This document shows, in pieces, positions 23,878-36,584 of a stretch of 64,000 nt of DNA. The position numbers and the translations under genes are program-made. The DNA comes from Phaeosaccion multiseriatum. Lineage: Eukaryota > Protista > Ochrophyta, other classes. The stretch spans positions 1,488,001 through 1,552,000 of the forward strand of contig OZ218953.1 of NCBI GenBank assembly GCA_965112735.1, given 5' to 3'. Positions within the stretch are counted from its first letter, which is position 1, and every line of letters begins with the position of its first letter. The notes beneath the pieces are model-generated. The model was given only the letters and a program-made list of their open reading frames with translations. It did no database searches and was not told the DNA's origin.

Positions 23878-25486
23878 GAGGAGGAGGAGGAGGAGGAGGT
23901 GGAGGAGGAGGTGGAGAAGAAGAAGAACAAGAACAAGAAGAAGAAGAACAAGAAGAAAAAGAAGAAGAAGAAGAAGAAGGAGGAGGAGGAGGAGGAGGAG
24001 GAGGAGGAGGAGGAGAAGGAGGAGGAGGAGGAGGAGGAGGAGGAGGAGGAGGAGGAGGAGGAGGAGGAGGAGGAGGAGGAGGGGGAGGAGGAGGAGGAGG
24101 AGGGGGAGGAGGATGACGGGCCGGAGGTGAGAGAGCAGCCCGGCGAGAGGGGCGGGGGAGACCTCAGCACCAAGAGTCGAAAGAAGGCCTCGGCCAAGGG
24201 GAGGTGCGTTGCTGTTGCTGTGTCATCAACTGCTGTATCACCAACTGCTGTATCAACAGCTGCGGCTTGTCCTTTGTCGCGCTTGGCGTGGCCCATGCCC
24301 ATTCGCAGCCCTCCTACTCTATGACACTCTATGGCCCGATACGACCCCTCCCTCGCTACCTCTGCCGTGTTCTTCCTTTGGCTGCTGGGGGACTTGGACC
24401 GAGTCCCTACAGCCCCTTCTCCTCACCCCCTTCTCACCATTGGTATATATATATATGTATATATATTATATATATATGCCTCAACCTTGTCCCCTGAAGC
24501 AGCGAAAAGCAGACGCAACCGCCGAAGCATGGTCGAGGGAAGAACGGCAGCAGCGGCAGTCGGAGGTCGCTTTCGGGCCAGACACTGCCATCTTCCTTCT
24601 CCGGAGGCGGCGGGGACCGTGCGCCGCGAGAAAGGCAGAGGAAAAAGGGCCCGAGGGGGCTGCACAGGCCAGGTCAGTTGGTCAGTTGGTCAGAAGCGGG
24701 ACAGGATGAACTGAAAAAGACTAAAACGGAAACTCTGCTTCTCGCCCGAGACAGCCCCTTGCTTGCCTGCGGCCCCTCGTTGACTCTCCGTTGACCCTCC
24801 GTTGACTCTCCGTTGACTCTCCGTTGACTCTCCGTTGACTCTCCGCTGACTCTTCGTTGACTCTCCGTTGACTCTTCGTTGACTCTTCGTTGACTCTGGC
24901 CCTCACCCTGACCCTTGCCCCCGATCTTCACCCTCTCCCTCAACCTCGCACTGACCCTACCCCTGACCATGATTAACCCTGACCGTGACTGAGACGTGAC
25001 TCGGACTCCCCCTTCCCTCCCCTCCCCTTCCCTCAACCCCCCCCCATGACAATCACAGGCCGTACATGCACGCTCTTCCACGTGCCGTATCACCACCGCA
25101 CGGCGCCTTTCTCCAACATGCGTCTGGTTCCGTGCGGTTCCTGTGGGAGGAAGTGGGTGCCCGAGTCGCTACTAACCACGCTGGAGCCACCGGAGGACCT
25201 CCAGATGAGAGGCGAGGTGAGAGAGGAAGCGAGTGCGTCAATGAGTGATTGAGTGAGTGGTTAGGTTGTGGAGTGAGAGTTACGAGTGAAAGCCTTGGTG
25301 CAGATCAAATATATGCGTCTTTCCCTCTCTCTTCCCACGCCTCTCCCTCTCTCTCTCTCTTTCGTGCCGGTATGCCCCTAACTCTCTCACACCCTGCCTG
25401 TCCATACTCCTCTCTCTCTCTCCCATATGCCTCCGTCCGTCCCTCCCTCCCTCCCTCCCTCCTTTTCTTTCTTTGTTTCTCTTTCG

Positions 25487-25518
<32 letters not shown>

Positions 25519-27938
25519 ATGTGTGTGTGTGTGCTCTATCTCAGGGCTCTCTGGTGGAGGCCCGCGTGTGTCGCGCTCTGCCGCAGCTCGGGCCCGGCAA
25601 CTCCACGCAGGAATCTGCTGCCATCTCTGTGTCCGAGGCGCTGCCCTTCCTGGAGTACGACCTCCACAGACAACTCACACTCAAACTGAAGGTCATGGGC
25701 GCCAACGCCGCCTTCAACGTAGACACACAGGTGGGTGACCCCTTCAGCTCTATTTCGTTCCCTAGAATCGACCCGAGGATCACTATGACTATGACTGGCT
25801 GTGTATCTCTCTCACTTTGTGTATTTACATCCCTCTCTCTTCCTCTGTGTGTGTCTCCCATCGCCACTGCCCCCCTCTACACACACTCACACAGGTCCAG
25901 ATCGGCGCTGGCCTCATCATCACCACTATCCGCGCCACTGCCGTGTATGTTGAGGCTCTCCCCGCCCCCCCGCCCCTCGTCGTCAGCAGCAGCAGCGCGC
26001 TCAGAGCGGAGGTGAGGCAGTTACAGGCAAGGAAAGACAGGCTCGGTGGCACGCGCCGCTACCCCACTTGACAGGGTAGCAGGGACAGCAGCCAGTTTAC
26101 TTGCTTTCCTTTCCCTCTTACCTTTCTCCACCTCTTTCGCCCCTCTGTCTTTCTATCCTCTCCCCTCTCTCCCCCTCCCTTCTCTCTGTCTCGTACAATG
26201 ATCGAAGGGTGAGCGCGTATTCTCAGTCCTGCAGAGAAAGATTCAGCATGTTGCGGCCGCTAACCGCCAGCGCTTGCTGAGCCTCGCTCCTCCCCAGAAG
26301 GGCCTGAGCAAAAGGACCCACAGGGGCAGGAAGGTGTGTGTGGGGGGTGGGAGCGAACAGGGAAGAGGAGGGAACTGGAGAGGAGGGAAGGGGAGGGAAA
26401 GAAATGTAACTGAAAGTGAAACTGAACTGAACTGAACTGAAAGTCCTTCCTAAGTCAGTGCATTCCCTCCTCCTCCTCCTCCTCCTCCTCCTCCTCCTCC
26501 TCCTCCTCCTCCTCCTCCTCCTCCTCCTTCTCCTCCTCCTCCTCCTCCTCCTCCTCCTCCTCCTCCCCACCAGGGCACCGCGATGACCACGAATCGAACG
26601 CTGCCCCTGAGAGGAGGAGGGGGGGGCTCCGTAGCTCCGTACAAGAGCAAAAGAAGACTTTTGAAGAAGAAGAGGCAAGAACAGGGGCAGCAGCAAAGGA
26701 GGCGGGGGGAGGGCAAGGGGGCGGAGATGGGGGGCGGAGCGTCACGGTCACAGTCTATTCAGGCCGGTGGGGAGAGAAGGCCGCGGACGGCGAAGGGAGC
26801 ACGAGGCGCGAGGTCCAACAGCAGAGGCAAGACGAAGCGGACAAAGCAGGAGCAGCAGGAGGAGGAGGAGGAGGAAGGGAAGGAGGACGATAGCAGCAAG
26901 AAAGGAAGGAGGAATAAGGAGGAGAGGAAGAAGGGAAAGGATAAGTTGCAGAGCAGGCATGAGGGGGCACCGGCGGTTGGAGAGGAAGGAGAGGGAGCAA
27001 AGGAGGAGGAGGAGGAGGAGGAGGCGGGGGGGGGCAAGAGCTTGAAGGAAAGGCCTCCTCTCCGAAGAGAAACGTCTTCCTCTTCGTCCAAGAAGAAACG
27101 GGAGAGTAAGAGCCATGGTCATACCAAGGGCAAGGACAAAGACGACGAAGAGAAAGAGAAGGAGAAGGGGAAGGACAAGGAGAAGGATAAGGAGGAGGAG
27201 GGGGTAGGCGCAGAAGGAGGAGAAGAAGGAGGAGAAGGAGAAGGAGGAGGAGGGGGAGGAGGAGGAGGAGGAGGAGGAGGAGGAGGAGGAGGAGGAGGAG
27301 GAGAAGGAGGAGGCGACGACCCACTCAGCGCCAAGGCCAAGGCAAGAGAAGAGAAGGAGAGGAAGGTCGAGAAGAAGAGAGAGAAGAAGGAGAAAGAGAA
27401 GGAGCGGCAGAAGGCGAAGGAGGCGGCCAAGGAGAAGAAGAAGGAGGAGGAGAAAGAGAAAGAGAAGGAGAAAGAGAAGGAGAAAGGAGGCAAAAAGGAC
27501 AAGAAGGACTCAAGTGGACAAGGGATGCTTGGCAGGATGATGATGTCCAGTGAGAAGAGTGAGAAGAGCGGCCTCGGTGAGGGAGGAGGAGAGGCCAAGA
27601 AGGAGGCAAAGGGCGGCACTTCCTTGGTATCAATGTTCAAAATGGGCCTGGAAAGGGCCAAGGGCGGTGGAGGAGGAGGAGTCGGGGGAGGGGGAGCCGG
27701 AGGAGGAGAAGGAGGAGGAGGAGGAGGAGGAGGAGTAGCAGCAGGAGGAGGAGGAGGAGGAGCAGGAGCATCAGCAACAGCAACAGCAGGAGGAGAAACA
27801 AAAGCGGTAGGAGGAGAAGCAGCAGCAGCAGGAGCAGCAGCAGCAGGAGCAGCAGGGTCAGCAGAAGGAGCGGTAGGAGCTGCAGGAGGGGCAACAGAAA
27901 AGGAAGGACTAGCAGCAGCAGGAGCAGCAGCAGCAGCA

Positions 27939-27987
<49 letters not shown>

Positions 27988-30590
27988 GAGGAGGAGGAGG
28001 AGGAGGAGCAAGCGTGGATGTTACGGGCGAGAATGGAGACGAGGGAATGGAAAAGAAGGAGAAGAGTGAGGAGGGAGGGCAAGGCAGTCAACAAGTGGAG
28101 GGCGGGAAAGTAGCAGCGATAGCAACCGCTATTGTGCCGCCAGCAGCGCTGGCACAAGCAGTGGATGTAGGAGCAGGCGGGGGTGCGAGGGAAGAAGGAA
28201 AGGAAGGGCAAGACGCAGCACCAACAGTTGCAGCAGAACGGGTGCGACTCCCGTCCATCTCTTCGGCGTTGTCCGCACTTTCCTCCTCGGGTCCTTCTTC
28301 TGAGGACGACGGGTCCTCCTCCTCTTCTTCCCCCTCTTCTGGTGGGTCCTCTGCTTCCTCCTCTTCGTCAACATCATCTATATTGGGCTCGGCCTCTTCC
28401 TCCTCTTCCTCCTCCTCTTCTTCGCCTTCCTCCTCTTCCTCCTCCTCGTCTTCTTCCTTATTCTCATCCTCTTCGGAGGAAGATGCAGAGGAAAGCAGCG
28501 AAGGTGAAGGTGCAAGTCAGGAGAAAGGAGGCCTCGTAGCGGGAGGGGCCCATGAGCAGCAGAAAGAGGCCGATGGGGCAGCAACGGCGGTAGCAAGAGG
28601 AGGAGGAGGAGGAGGAGGAGGAGGAGGAGGAGGAGGAGGAGGAGGAGGAGGAAGGGAGGTAGAGGCAGAGGCGGGGGCGGAGGAAGATGAGCGCCTCTCC
28701 AGGAGGAATTCCTCCCGCTCTCGAGGGGATCGCATTGGCACGGGAAGCAGCGCCGGAGGAGGAGGTGTGGCATCCACTGAGGAGGAGGAAGAGGAGGAGG
28801 AGGGGGGGTACGTAGAGGAGGAGGGGGACGACGAAGAGGAGGAGGACGAGGACGAGGAGGAGGGGGAGGGCGGAATCAACGACGTGCGGGGCGTGGATGC
28901 CTTTCTCGATATGCTGGGGGAGGGGCGCGAGGAGGAGGGGGATGAGGACGACGAGGAGGAGGAGGACGAGGACGAACAGGCCATGTTGGAGCGAGAGGAG
29001 GAGGAGGAGGAGGCGGACAGAGTGCAGCAGCGAAGGACGAGGAAGCGCAGGTTCAGGGACGACCGCAAGGTGTGTGTGTGTGTGCGCGCGCGTACGTTAT
29101 GTCATCCGTCCATGTGTGTTCTCCCTCTTCCTCTCGATCCCTATTTCTCTCTACCTCTTCCTCGCCCTCTCTTATGATCTCTCTCTCTCACACCCTCCCT
29201 CTCTCCTCTGCCTGCGGCTCTACCTGCGGCTCTGCCTGCCCCTTTTCAGCCGTTCGTCTTGGATGTCGACGATGATACTGATGAAGACAGCCTCACCGTG
29301 CTCTTAGACCGGCAGGCACCCCCGGTAAGATCGCGACACCTTCTTCTTCACTGCCCCCTCTTGCCGTTGTGTTGTGTCATTTCCGTCTTCGCTCGAAGCC
29401 CAACTCAACTCGAGGGCGGTGTGAAACAAGTGCACTGCTCTTCAAACGCATACCGTAACGCCTCTCCTCTCCTCTTGTTCCTACTCTACTCTTGCTGGTA
29501 TGTGTGTGTGTGCGTGTGTGTGTGCGCGTGCAGGGCATCATCCTGTGCACGTCGCACCGCCCCCCCCTGGGACACGGGCAGTGGCCCACCTGCACGCAGA
29601 CGGCAAACGCGCAGATGGTGGTGGCTCTGAAACGCGCCAAGGCCGTGGACAACGTTCCTGGGCCCTCGGGGGCGAGGTCCACCCCCACTCAGTATCTCAC
29701 CAGGTGCGTGCGTGGGTGCGTGCGTGGGTGCGTGTGTGGGTGCGTGCGTGGGGTGAGCGGTTGCGTCTCTTTTGGCACTCTGTCCGTCGGTTGGTCGGTC
29801 GGTCGGTAGGGAAGGAGGGAGGGAGGGAGGGAGGGAGGGAGGGAGGGAGGGAGGGAGGGAGGGAGGGAAGAGGATAGAGGATGGAGACCAATGGGGGCTT
29901 AGGGGGGGGCTCAAATGGGGACCGAGTGGGGACAGAAGTGCTCACCATCTCATGTGCTCCGCCCGCCCTTCCCCCTGCCCCTCCCTGTCTCTCTCACCCT
30001 CTCGTTCCTCAGCCTGTACAGCGATCTCTACGCCCGCCTGTGCTTCAAACTGCGCTACCTCGTGCCCTGTGCACTTTGCGGCCTCACCACACGCGTCAAC
30101 CTCACCAGCGACGGCCTCGTGGAACTCGTGGCCACGGGCATGGCACTGCTCATGGACGCGCCGTCTGGTGCCATCCTCCCCATGCCCATCCCGCCCACCA
30201 TCAAGGGCCAGAGCCAGACCCACCGCCTTCGGTCCAGCCAGCACAGCCAGCACAGCCAGGAGGGCCCTGCTGGTGGTAGTGGTGGTAGTGGTGTGCGTGT
30301 TGAGGGAGGCAGTGGTAGTGGCAGCGGTCAGCACAGTCACAACCACGGCCATTCGTCGCTCGGGGGCAGTGTGGCGTACCATCGAAAGCCTTCCGTGGCG
30401 GCGTCTCTCCTTCCCCGAGAGGTGGAGCAGTGCATCCTGACTCAGTTGGTGGACGGGAGGAGAGACCTAGTGGGGGGGGTGGGGGTGGGCCAGCAAATCC
30501 AGGGTCAGGTAGGGGGTGGAGGCGGTGGCAGAAGTGAGGCAGAGTTGATTGGGTTGGTGGGGTCTGGCGGAGGGTGGGCAGACGAAGAGG

Positions 30591-30624
<34 letters not shown>

Positions 30625-31227
30625 CGTCACACATCGCATACGCAAGAGGAGTGGGGGGAGCAGTGCAGAGCTGACGGGGATGGCCCTGCTGGCGACGGCC
30701 CGCCAGCCCGGAGATCATCAACACGGGCAGCAGGCGCACCGACAGATCGGCGGCTTCGGGGGCGTGAACTCGTCTACCTCTGCCTCGCCGTGGCTCGAGG
30801 GAACTTCTCCCCTCCCTCCACCGCCCTCCTCCATCCCCTCGCCAGGAAGGGAGGAATCCGCCTTCGATGGTAGCGCTGCTTCTGCTGCTGGCCCCACGAC
30901 TCCGATTTTGCCCCGTCCGATTACTATGAGTGAGTGAGAAGGGATGGGGGAAGGAGGGACTTTTTCATGCTAGCGCGACTCGTATGGGTACATGTATCAC
31001 CGGAGGGTTCACATACTCTACTCACTGTATCAACGCAGGGTTCACATCCTCTACTCTACTCGGTCCTCACGCTTTCGGTCTGCCTTTGTTTTGCTTGTTC
31101 TGCCTTTGTTTTGCTTGTTCTGCCTGCCTGGGTGGGTGGGTGGGTGGGTGGGTGGGTCGTCGCTTTGCGTTTGCTCTTGTTGTGGTGTCCACGCCTACCT
31201 TCTGCTGCGGTGGCCTGTCCACCTGAC

Positions 31228-31258
<31 letters not shown>

Positions 31259-33656
31259 ACACTAACTCATAAGCCCACACATACGCACACCTCCCCATCT
31301 CTCTCTTCACCCCTCCCCCTCCCCCTCCCTCCTCCCCAAGGCTCTCGGTCCAACACTGTGGGGGGGGCAAGCAAGGCGGCTTTCCGAGGGGCCTCCGCCG
31401 TGTCGTATGCACATCGCCAGAAGGTGCTCGAGGGCAGTCTCAGGAGGAGCATCAGCGGGGGGAGCGGCAGGAGCGGGGGGAGCGGGGGGGGGGTAGACTT
31501 AGGCGGCGCCTTGCACAGCAGCGGAGCCAGCGGAGGAGGAGGAGGAGGAGGAGGAGGAGGAGGAGGGGTAGAGGCATTTGCGTTGACTCAGGGTCCCCCG
31601 GTGGGAGGAACGGCCGGCGGAGCAGCAGCAGCAGCAGGAGGAGGAGGGGGAGGAGGCTATTTGCCGTATGCCTTTTCCGCTTCGGCAGGCGGTAGACTTG
31701 GGTGGGGGGGGGGCTTTCCCACACCCAAACGCGGTTCCTCCCATCAGCGGCTTCCGCAGGCCAGCAACTACAGTCTCACCAGCGCCACCGGGGCAGGAGC
31801 AACAGCAGCAGGAGGAGCACCAGCAGCAGGAGGAGCTCCATCGAGTCGACCGGCGCGAGTAGTGGAGGTGACACCGCTATCCTTCATCCCCGGAGCCAAG
31901 GTGGGGCTCGGCTCTCGCCGCTGCCGGTGATAGTGATGGTGGTGGTGGTTGTTGTGCCTTTGGTGTTTCCCCCCCCCCATGACATTGTGCTCACACTCGT
32001 TTTGTTGCCCAATCCTCCTCCTGCTCTTCCTCCTCCTCCTCTTCCTCCTCCTCCTCCTCCTCCTCCTCCTCCTCCTCCTCCTCCTCCTCCTCCTCCTCCT
32101 CCTCCTCCTCCTCCTCCTCCTCCTCCTCCTCCTCCTCCTGCTGCTGCTCTTCCTCCTCCTCCTCCTCCTCCTCCTCCTCCTCCTCCTCCTCCTCTTCCTC
32201 CTCCTCTCCCTCCTCCTTCTCCTTCTTCTCCCATCAGGTGGTCCGTTACCTGGGGTGTATCAGCCTGCACTTCATCCGCGAGAGCTGGAGCGCGAGTCGT
32301 CGAGGAGAGATCGCCTCCTTCTTCCACGAGTTCATCCTCGACGTTAACGCCGTCACACGCGCCCACGTGGCGGCCCTGGGGGGCAACGGGCTGCTCTGCT
32401 ACAGGCTGGTGCAGCAGGACATTGGTGGAAAGGTGTACAAGAATCAGGTGAGTGAGTGAAGGCATTAGCGCGTGAGGGGGGAGGGGGAAGGGAAGGTGAG
32501 GGGAAGAGGAAGGGGAAGGGGAGGGGAAGGCGGGAGGAAGAGGGGGAAGGAGGGAGGAAGAGGGGGAAGGGAGGGGTCGAAAGGGGGAGGGGGGGTTAGG
32601 AGGGGGCTGTTCACATGATTTCATCGTCTCATAAAGACAACAAGTAAGTGTATGTCATCTTGGTGCGCCCACTTTCTCATGCACTCACTCACTCACTCAC
32701 TCATTCTCTCTGTCCGCTCGCGATCTGCCGCTTCCATTCACTGCCATCTTCTCCTGTGGTCTTTCACCCCTTCCCCTGCAGATCTACAACATGATTTCGG
32801 TGTACGGAGGTGGGTGTGTGTGTGTGTGTGTGTGGGAAGAGAGCGGCAAGCAAGGAGCAAGCCATTGCCTACGATGTACTCTCGTTGCGGGCATATGGGT
32901 GGGGAGTGAGTGAGTGAGTCTCCGAGTGTTGTGGGCAGGGGAGGAGTCTGAGTGAGCGTTAGCGTTGAGACTGTAGTGTGAAGGCAGGCGCTGATGTGGT
33001 GTGCTTCCCTTCCTCAGAGAGCGTCAAGCGTTTTGCGGTACCTGAGTCCTCACTCCTCACCCCACCCCACCCCATCTCATTCCACTGGCATCCCACGTCA
33101 TCCCGTTCCATGCTTAGACGCGGTGGTGGTGGAGTTCACCCCAGGAGCCGTATGGGGTCCCGTTCACTCGCACCACTCAAAGGAGAGAGGGGGGCGGGGA
33201 TTCGCAGCAGGCAGGCCGCTCTCAACGAGGCAGCCTAGCTGGAGAGTATTGAGCGTCGCCGCACACGCAGCAGCAGCAGGGAGGAGGGGATCAGACAGAC
33301 CAGGAGGGGAGGGGGGGGAGGGGGGCGGAGGAGGAAGAGAGGAGGAGGAGGAGGAGGAGAAGCAGGAGGAGGAGAAGCAGGAGGAGGAGCAGGAGGAGGG
33401 GGAGGGTGGGCTTGGTGGTGGGGGCGGGAAGATGGGGGAAGACGTGGGTCATCTCCACCTCGCCAGCCCAGGGTTGTCGGCCATGTCGCCGGCCTCACTG
33501 GCGGTGCATACGCCCACCCCTTCCAGGGGAGGAGGGGCAACAGCAGCAGGAGGAGGAGGAGAAGGAGGAGGAGGAGGAGGAGGAGGAGGAGCAGGAGGAG
33601 GAGGAGAAGGAGGAGGAGGTTTACCGCCGCTGTACCTTGGGCCGGCCGCGCGGTGA
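18998..33656 (+). CDS. C2CD5: C2 domain-containing protein 5 (C2CD5/CDP138/KIAA0528) homologue, >20 exons, with large low-complexity inserts
   Basis: [20 protein letters not shown]...[41 protein letters not shown]...[19 protein letters not shown]...[15 protein letters not shown]...[40 protein letters not shown]...[10 protein letters not shown] match C2CD5 blocks in order. Confidence 0.92.
20847..21020 (+). repeat. (GATA)n intronic microsatellite, degenerate at the 3' end
   Basis: Directly visible. Confidence 0.95.
23839..24113 (+). repeat. Compound (GAC)n(GAG)n(AAG)n(GAG)n trinucleotide repeat within a C2CD5 exon
   Basis: Directly visible. Splice phase puts it in the poly-D/E/K frame. Confidence 0.9.
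24778..24898 (+). repeat. 11-bp minisatellite CGTTGACTCT[C/T] x11, intronic
   Basis: I counted 11 consecutive units with few substitutions. Confidence 0.95.
26466..26565 (+). repeat. (CCT)n tract just upstream of a 3' splice site
   Basis: Directly visible. It ends before ccccaccag|GGCACC. Confidence 0.9.
32013..32225 (+). repeat. (CCT)n tract just upstream of a 3' splice site
   Basis: Directly visible. It ends before ccatcag|GTGGTCCG. Confidence 0.9.
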
Positions 33657-33844
33657 GAAGACAGGCTTCCTCCACGTCAAATTAATTACGTCCATCGCGT
33701 ATGGTACTGCACAGACAAGAGCCCGTGGATCCCTCTAATAACACGTCGCGTCTCTGCCAGCACTGCCACTGTAACTGTCACCCTTATCTGCCACACACCA
33801 CTGTGGGCACAACCCTTGCACCAAGCTTTGCTCCTCTTCCCTCC

Positions 33845-35242
33845 TCACAAGGACACCTCTACGAGGTCGTCTCCGCCTTCCTCCCCCCCCCCCTCCTTCT
33901 CCTCCTCCTCCTCCTCTCCCAGCGTCTTGTTCTTGGCGGCGTCGCTTTGCGGTGGCTGTGCGTGTATCGCCAACTGCTGCAGGAGCCCCTGCCCCTCAGC
34001 CACCGCAGCATCATCCGCTCTCCCCAGTGCTCCATCACGCCCCCCCCCAGCGCCAAAGTCGATCCCCTCGACATCATCTTCGAACAAGCCCCTTCCACTT
34101 CCGCTCCTGGCCACGGCGCTGGCGGGCTGAGCGTCCTCCGCTGGTGCTTCGTCGTCGTCGCCAAAGAGGGACGAGGATGAGAGCCCCGCTGGACCACCAA
34201 CACCCGCACCAGCAAAGGGTCCGTCTGCTACCCCCGGGTCCCCCCCCCCCGCGCCTCCTCCTCCTCCTCCTCCTCCAGCTGCTGCTGCTGCTGTTGCTGC
34301 TGCGCTACCCGCGTGCGCCCCCTTGCCCAGGGGAAGGTTGAGGTCATCGTTCCCTAAGTCATCAAAGAGGAAGCTGGTGCTGCCCGTGGTCCGCCTCGCC
34401 CCCCGGCTGCTGCCCATATGACTGCTGCTGCTCGTTGCTGCTGCGGTAGCCGCCCCGAACCCCGCCCCCTCTCCCGCCCCGGCCTTGGGAGAGTCGTCAA
34501 ACAAGCCGCTTCCGCCGCTCAGACTTGGGGCCCCACCCAAGACCCCAACATCGGCAAACAGCCCTCCTCCTCCGCCCGCCGACCGCTTCCTGCTACCTGC
34601 CTGCTTCGCTGGACCGCTTCCCAGCCCCCCTCCTTGCTCGTCCTGCTCCTCCTCTTCCTCCTCGTCGTCGTCTTTCTCGAACAAATTCGCCATAATGCCA
34701 GCCGTCCTTTGTCGCAAGGCCGCCTGCCGGGCCTCCTCCGCTTCTTTCCGCGCCGCCTCCTCCGCCTCGCGCTGACGCCGCTCCTCCTCCTCCCTCTCCC
34801 TCCTTCTTCGCTCCTTCTCCTCCCACTCTGCCTTGAGCTTCGCCTCGTGTTCCTCGCGCTCCCTTTGACGCAGCGCTAGCTCTGCCTCTCGCCGGGCCTT
34901 CTCCTATAGTATTCACACACAAACACACACACACACACACACGCACACCAAGAAAGAGTGCGCAAATTAAGCAAAGCAGAATCGGTGTACACGATCGATC
35001 GCGCGGCTTTCCATCGACGACCCAGTGGGGTGGATCCCACCCAGTCCCCCCCTCTCCCTGCCGCCACGCCCCTCCTCCTACTGCGCTACACACACACGCA
35101 CACGCACACGAACAAACCTCTGCTTCTTTCTGTCTTCGCTCGTTCTCTGTTGCTTGCCTCTGAGCCTGTAGCTGGGCCTCACGCTGAACCCTTTGTTCCT
35201 GTGCCCGAGCTTCCTGCTTGGCTCGTTCGGCCTGCCACACGT

Positions 35243-35281
<39 letters not shown>

Positions 35282-36486
35282 CACACACACACAACAGGAA
35301 GGCAGTTATTTCGTTCGTGAAACGTATTCGAGACATGGACCACCAACACAGATTGCAGCAGAGAGCAAAGAGCAGAGAGGGTTTCCAAGCGAGGTGGGGC
35401 ACTTACTGACCTTTTGCTGCCGCTGCCGCTCGCCAATCTTCGCCTGAGAGAGTTGCCACCCACGAGGCGCGAAGGAGAGAGTGGGGATGAAAGGGGCACA
35501 GTGGAGCGAGAGCGTGAGTTGAGTGAGCGTGTGAATGCTCGGAGTGCCCGACTGCGTGGGTGAGTGCGTGAGACCTCCATTCACCTGCATCTCCGCCCTC
35601 TCTGCCATGAACGCCCGCTGATTTTCGGCCCGAACGGCATCATCTGCTTCTCCTCCTCCTGGTTGGTTCTGTTGGGGGCGCTGCTGGTACTGCTGCTGCT
35701 GCTGCTGCTGCTTCTGTTGCTGCTGCTGCTGCTGAGGCGGCGTTACAACATTGGGGTAGCCCCCACCAATCCCACCTCCTCCGTAGCCACTATCCTGCTG
35801 CTGAGGGTAAAAGCTGGTGGGATGGGGCGAGCGTGGAGGGAAAAGCCCGAGAAAACTAAGTAACAAACCTATTTCGCGAGCCAATCATCTTAGGGTGGAC
35901 AACGGGTTGCCTTGGGAACAGTGAAACGAGGCAAGAGGACCAGGCCGGGAGAGAGTGACTTACTTGGGTGGCTGCTGTGGCTTCCTGTTGCCCCGGAGAA
36001 GAGCCTCGATTCCCACCACCTTGCCCATTACCTGAGTAGTAGTAGCAGCATGAAGAGAGATAGGTAATACACAATGAGTCGAAGGGCGAAGGAGACAAAG
36101 CTCTCTCCCTCTCCCGTTCACATCGCTGCACTCACCTCATTCACCTTGGCGTCGCCATTCTCGACCAAGTCCACCAACCCCATGATACCCTCCTGCTGGG
36201 CCAGCACTGTATCAGTTAGCGCTTTGAGGCCCGCTGCCTGCTCTTCACGCACCACGGTGAGCATGGACTGCAGGGATAAGAAAAAGTGAGCAAAACGGAA
36301 AATGAGAAAGATCAGAGGGAGACGGGGCAACACGGCTGATAGTCTCTTCCCCTTTACCTACGCACCATGACTTCCGCAAACCTCTCGTTCATTTTGTCCA
36401 TCGTTTCTCGCTCCCGCTATACAAAACACAAAACAGAGGTATTAGAATTGTCGATCGATTACAGATCGATTATCGTCCACTGCCAT
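33845..36486 (-). CDS. Hypothetical coiled-coil protein with C-terminal LF-acidic (FAM21-like LFa) motifs, about 8 exons
   Basis: Exons MAVDDNRS|RERETMDKMNERF, SMLTVVREEQ..., a Q-rich stretch and an E/R/K coiled coil, then a tail with NLFEKDDD, GLFADV, GLFDDS, FLFDDL, SLFGDDD, GLFEDD. The 5' exon is uncertain. Confidence 0.65.
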
Positions 36487-36584
36487 CTTTCCGCCGTCGG
36501 ATGAGGCGTTAAAATTTTTTTTTCTTCTTTTTTTTGCTCCTCGCTCCCTAAAAGTAGCCCCCCCTCCTCTAACTCGACTAGGCC

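Noticed and set aside
23714-24130. Protamine-like poly-Arg ORF
   Set aside because: It is the alternative frame of a GAG/AAG repeat. Splice phase supports the acidic frame within C2CD5.
24778-24898. CRISPR-like array
   Set aside because: The units are contiguous 11-mers without spacers, inside a eukaryotic intron, and no cas genes are present.
26583-29177. Stand-alone 864-aa gene
   Set aside because: It is flanked by splice sites and by consecutive conserved C2CD5 blocks, so it is better read as an internal exon.
31702-32451. Formin/extensin-like poly-Pro ORF
   Set aside because: It is a translation of an intronic (CCT)n tract that lies between two conserved C2CD5 exons.
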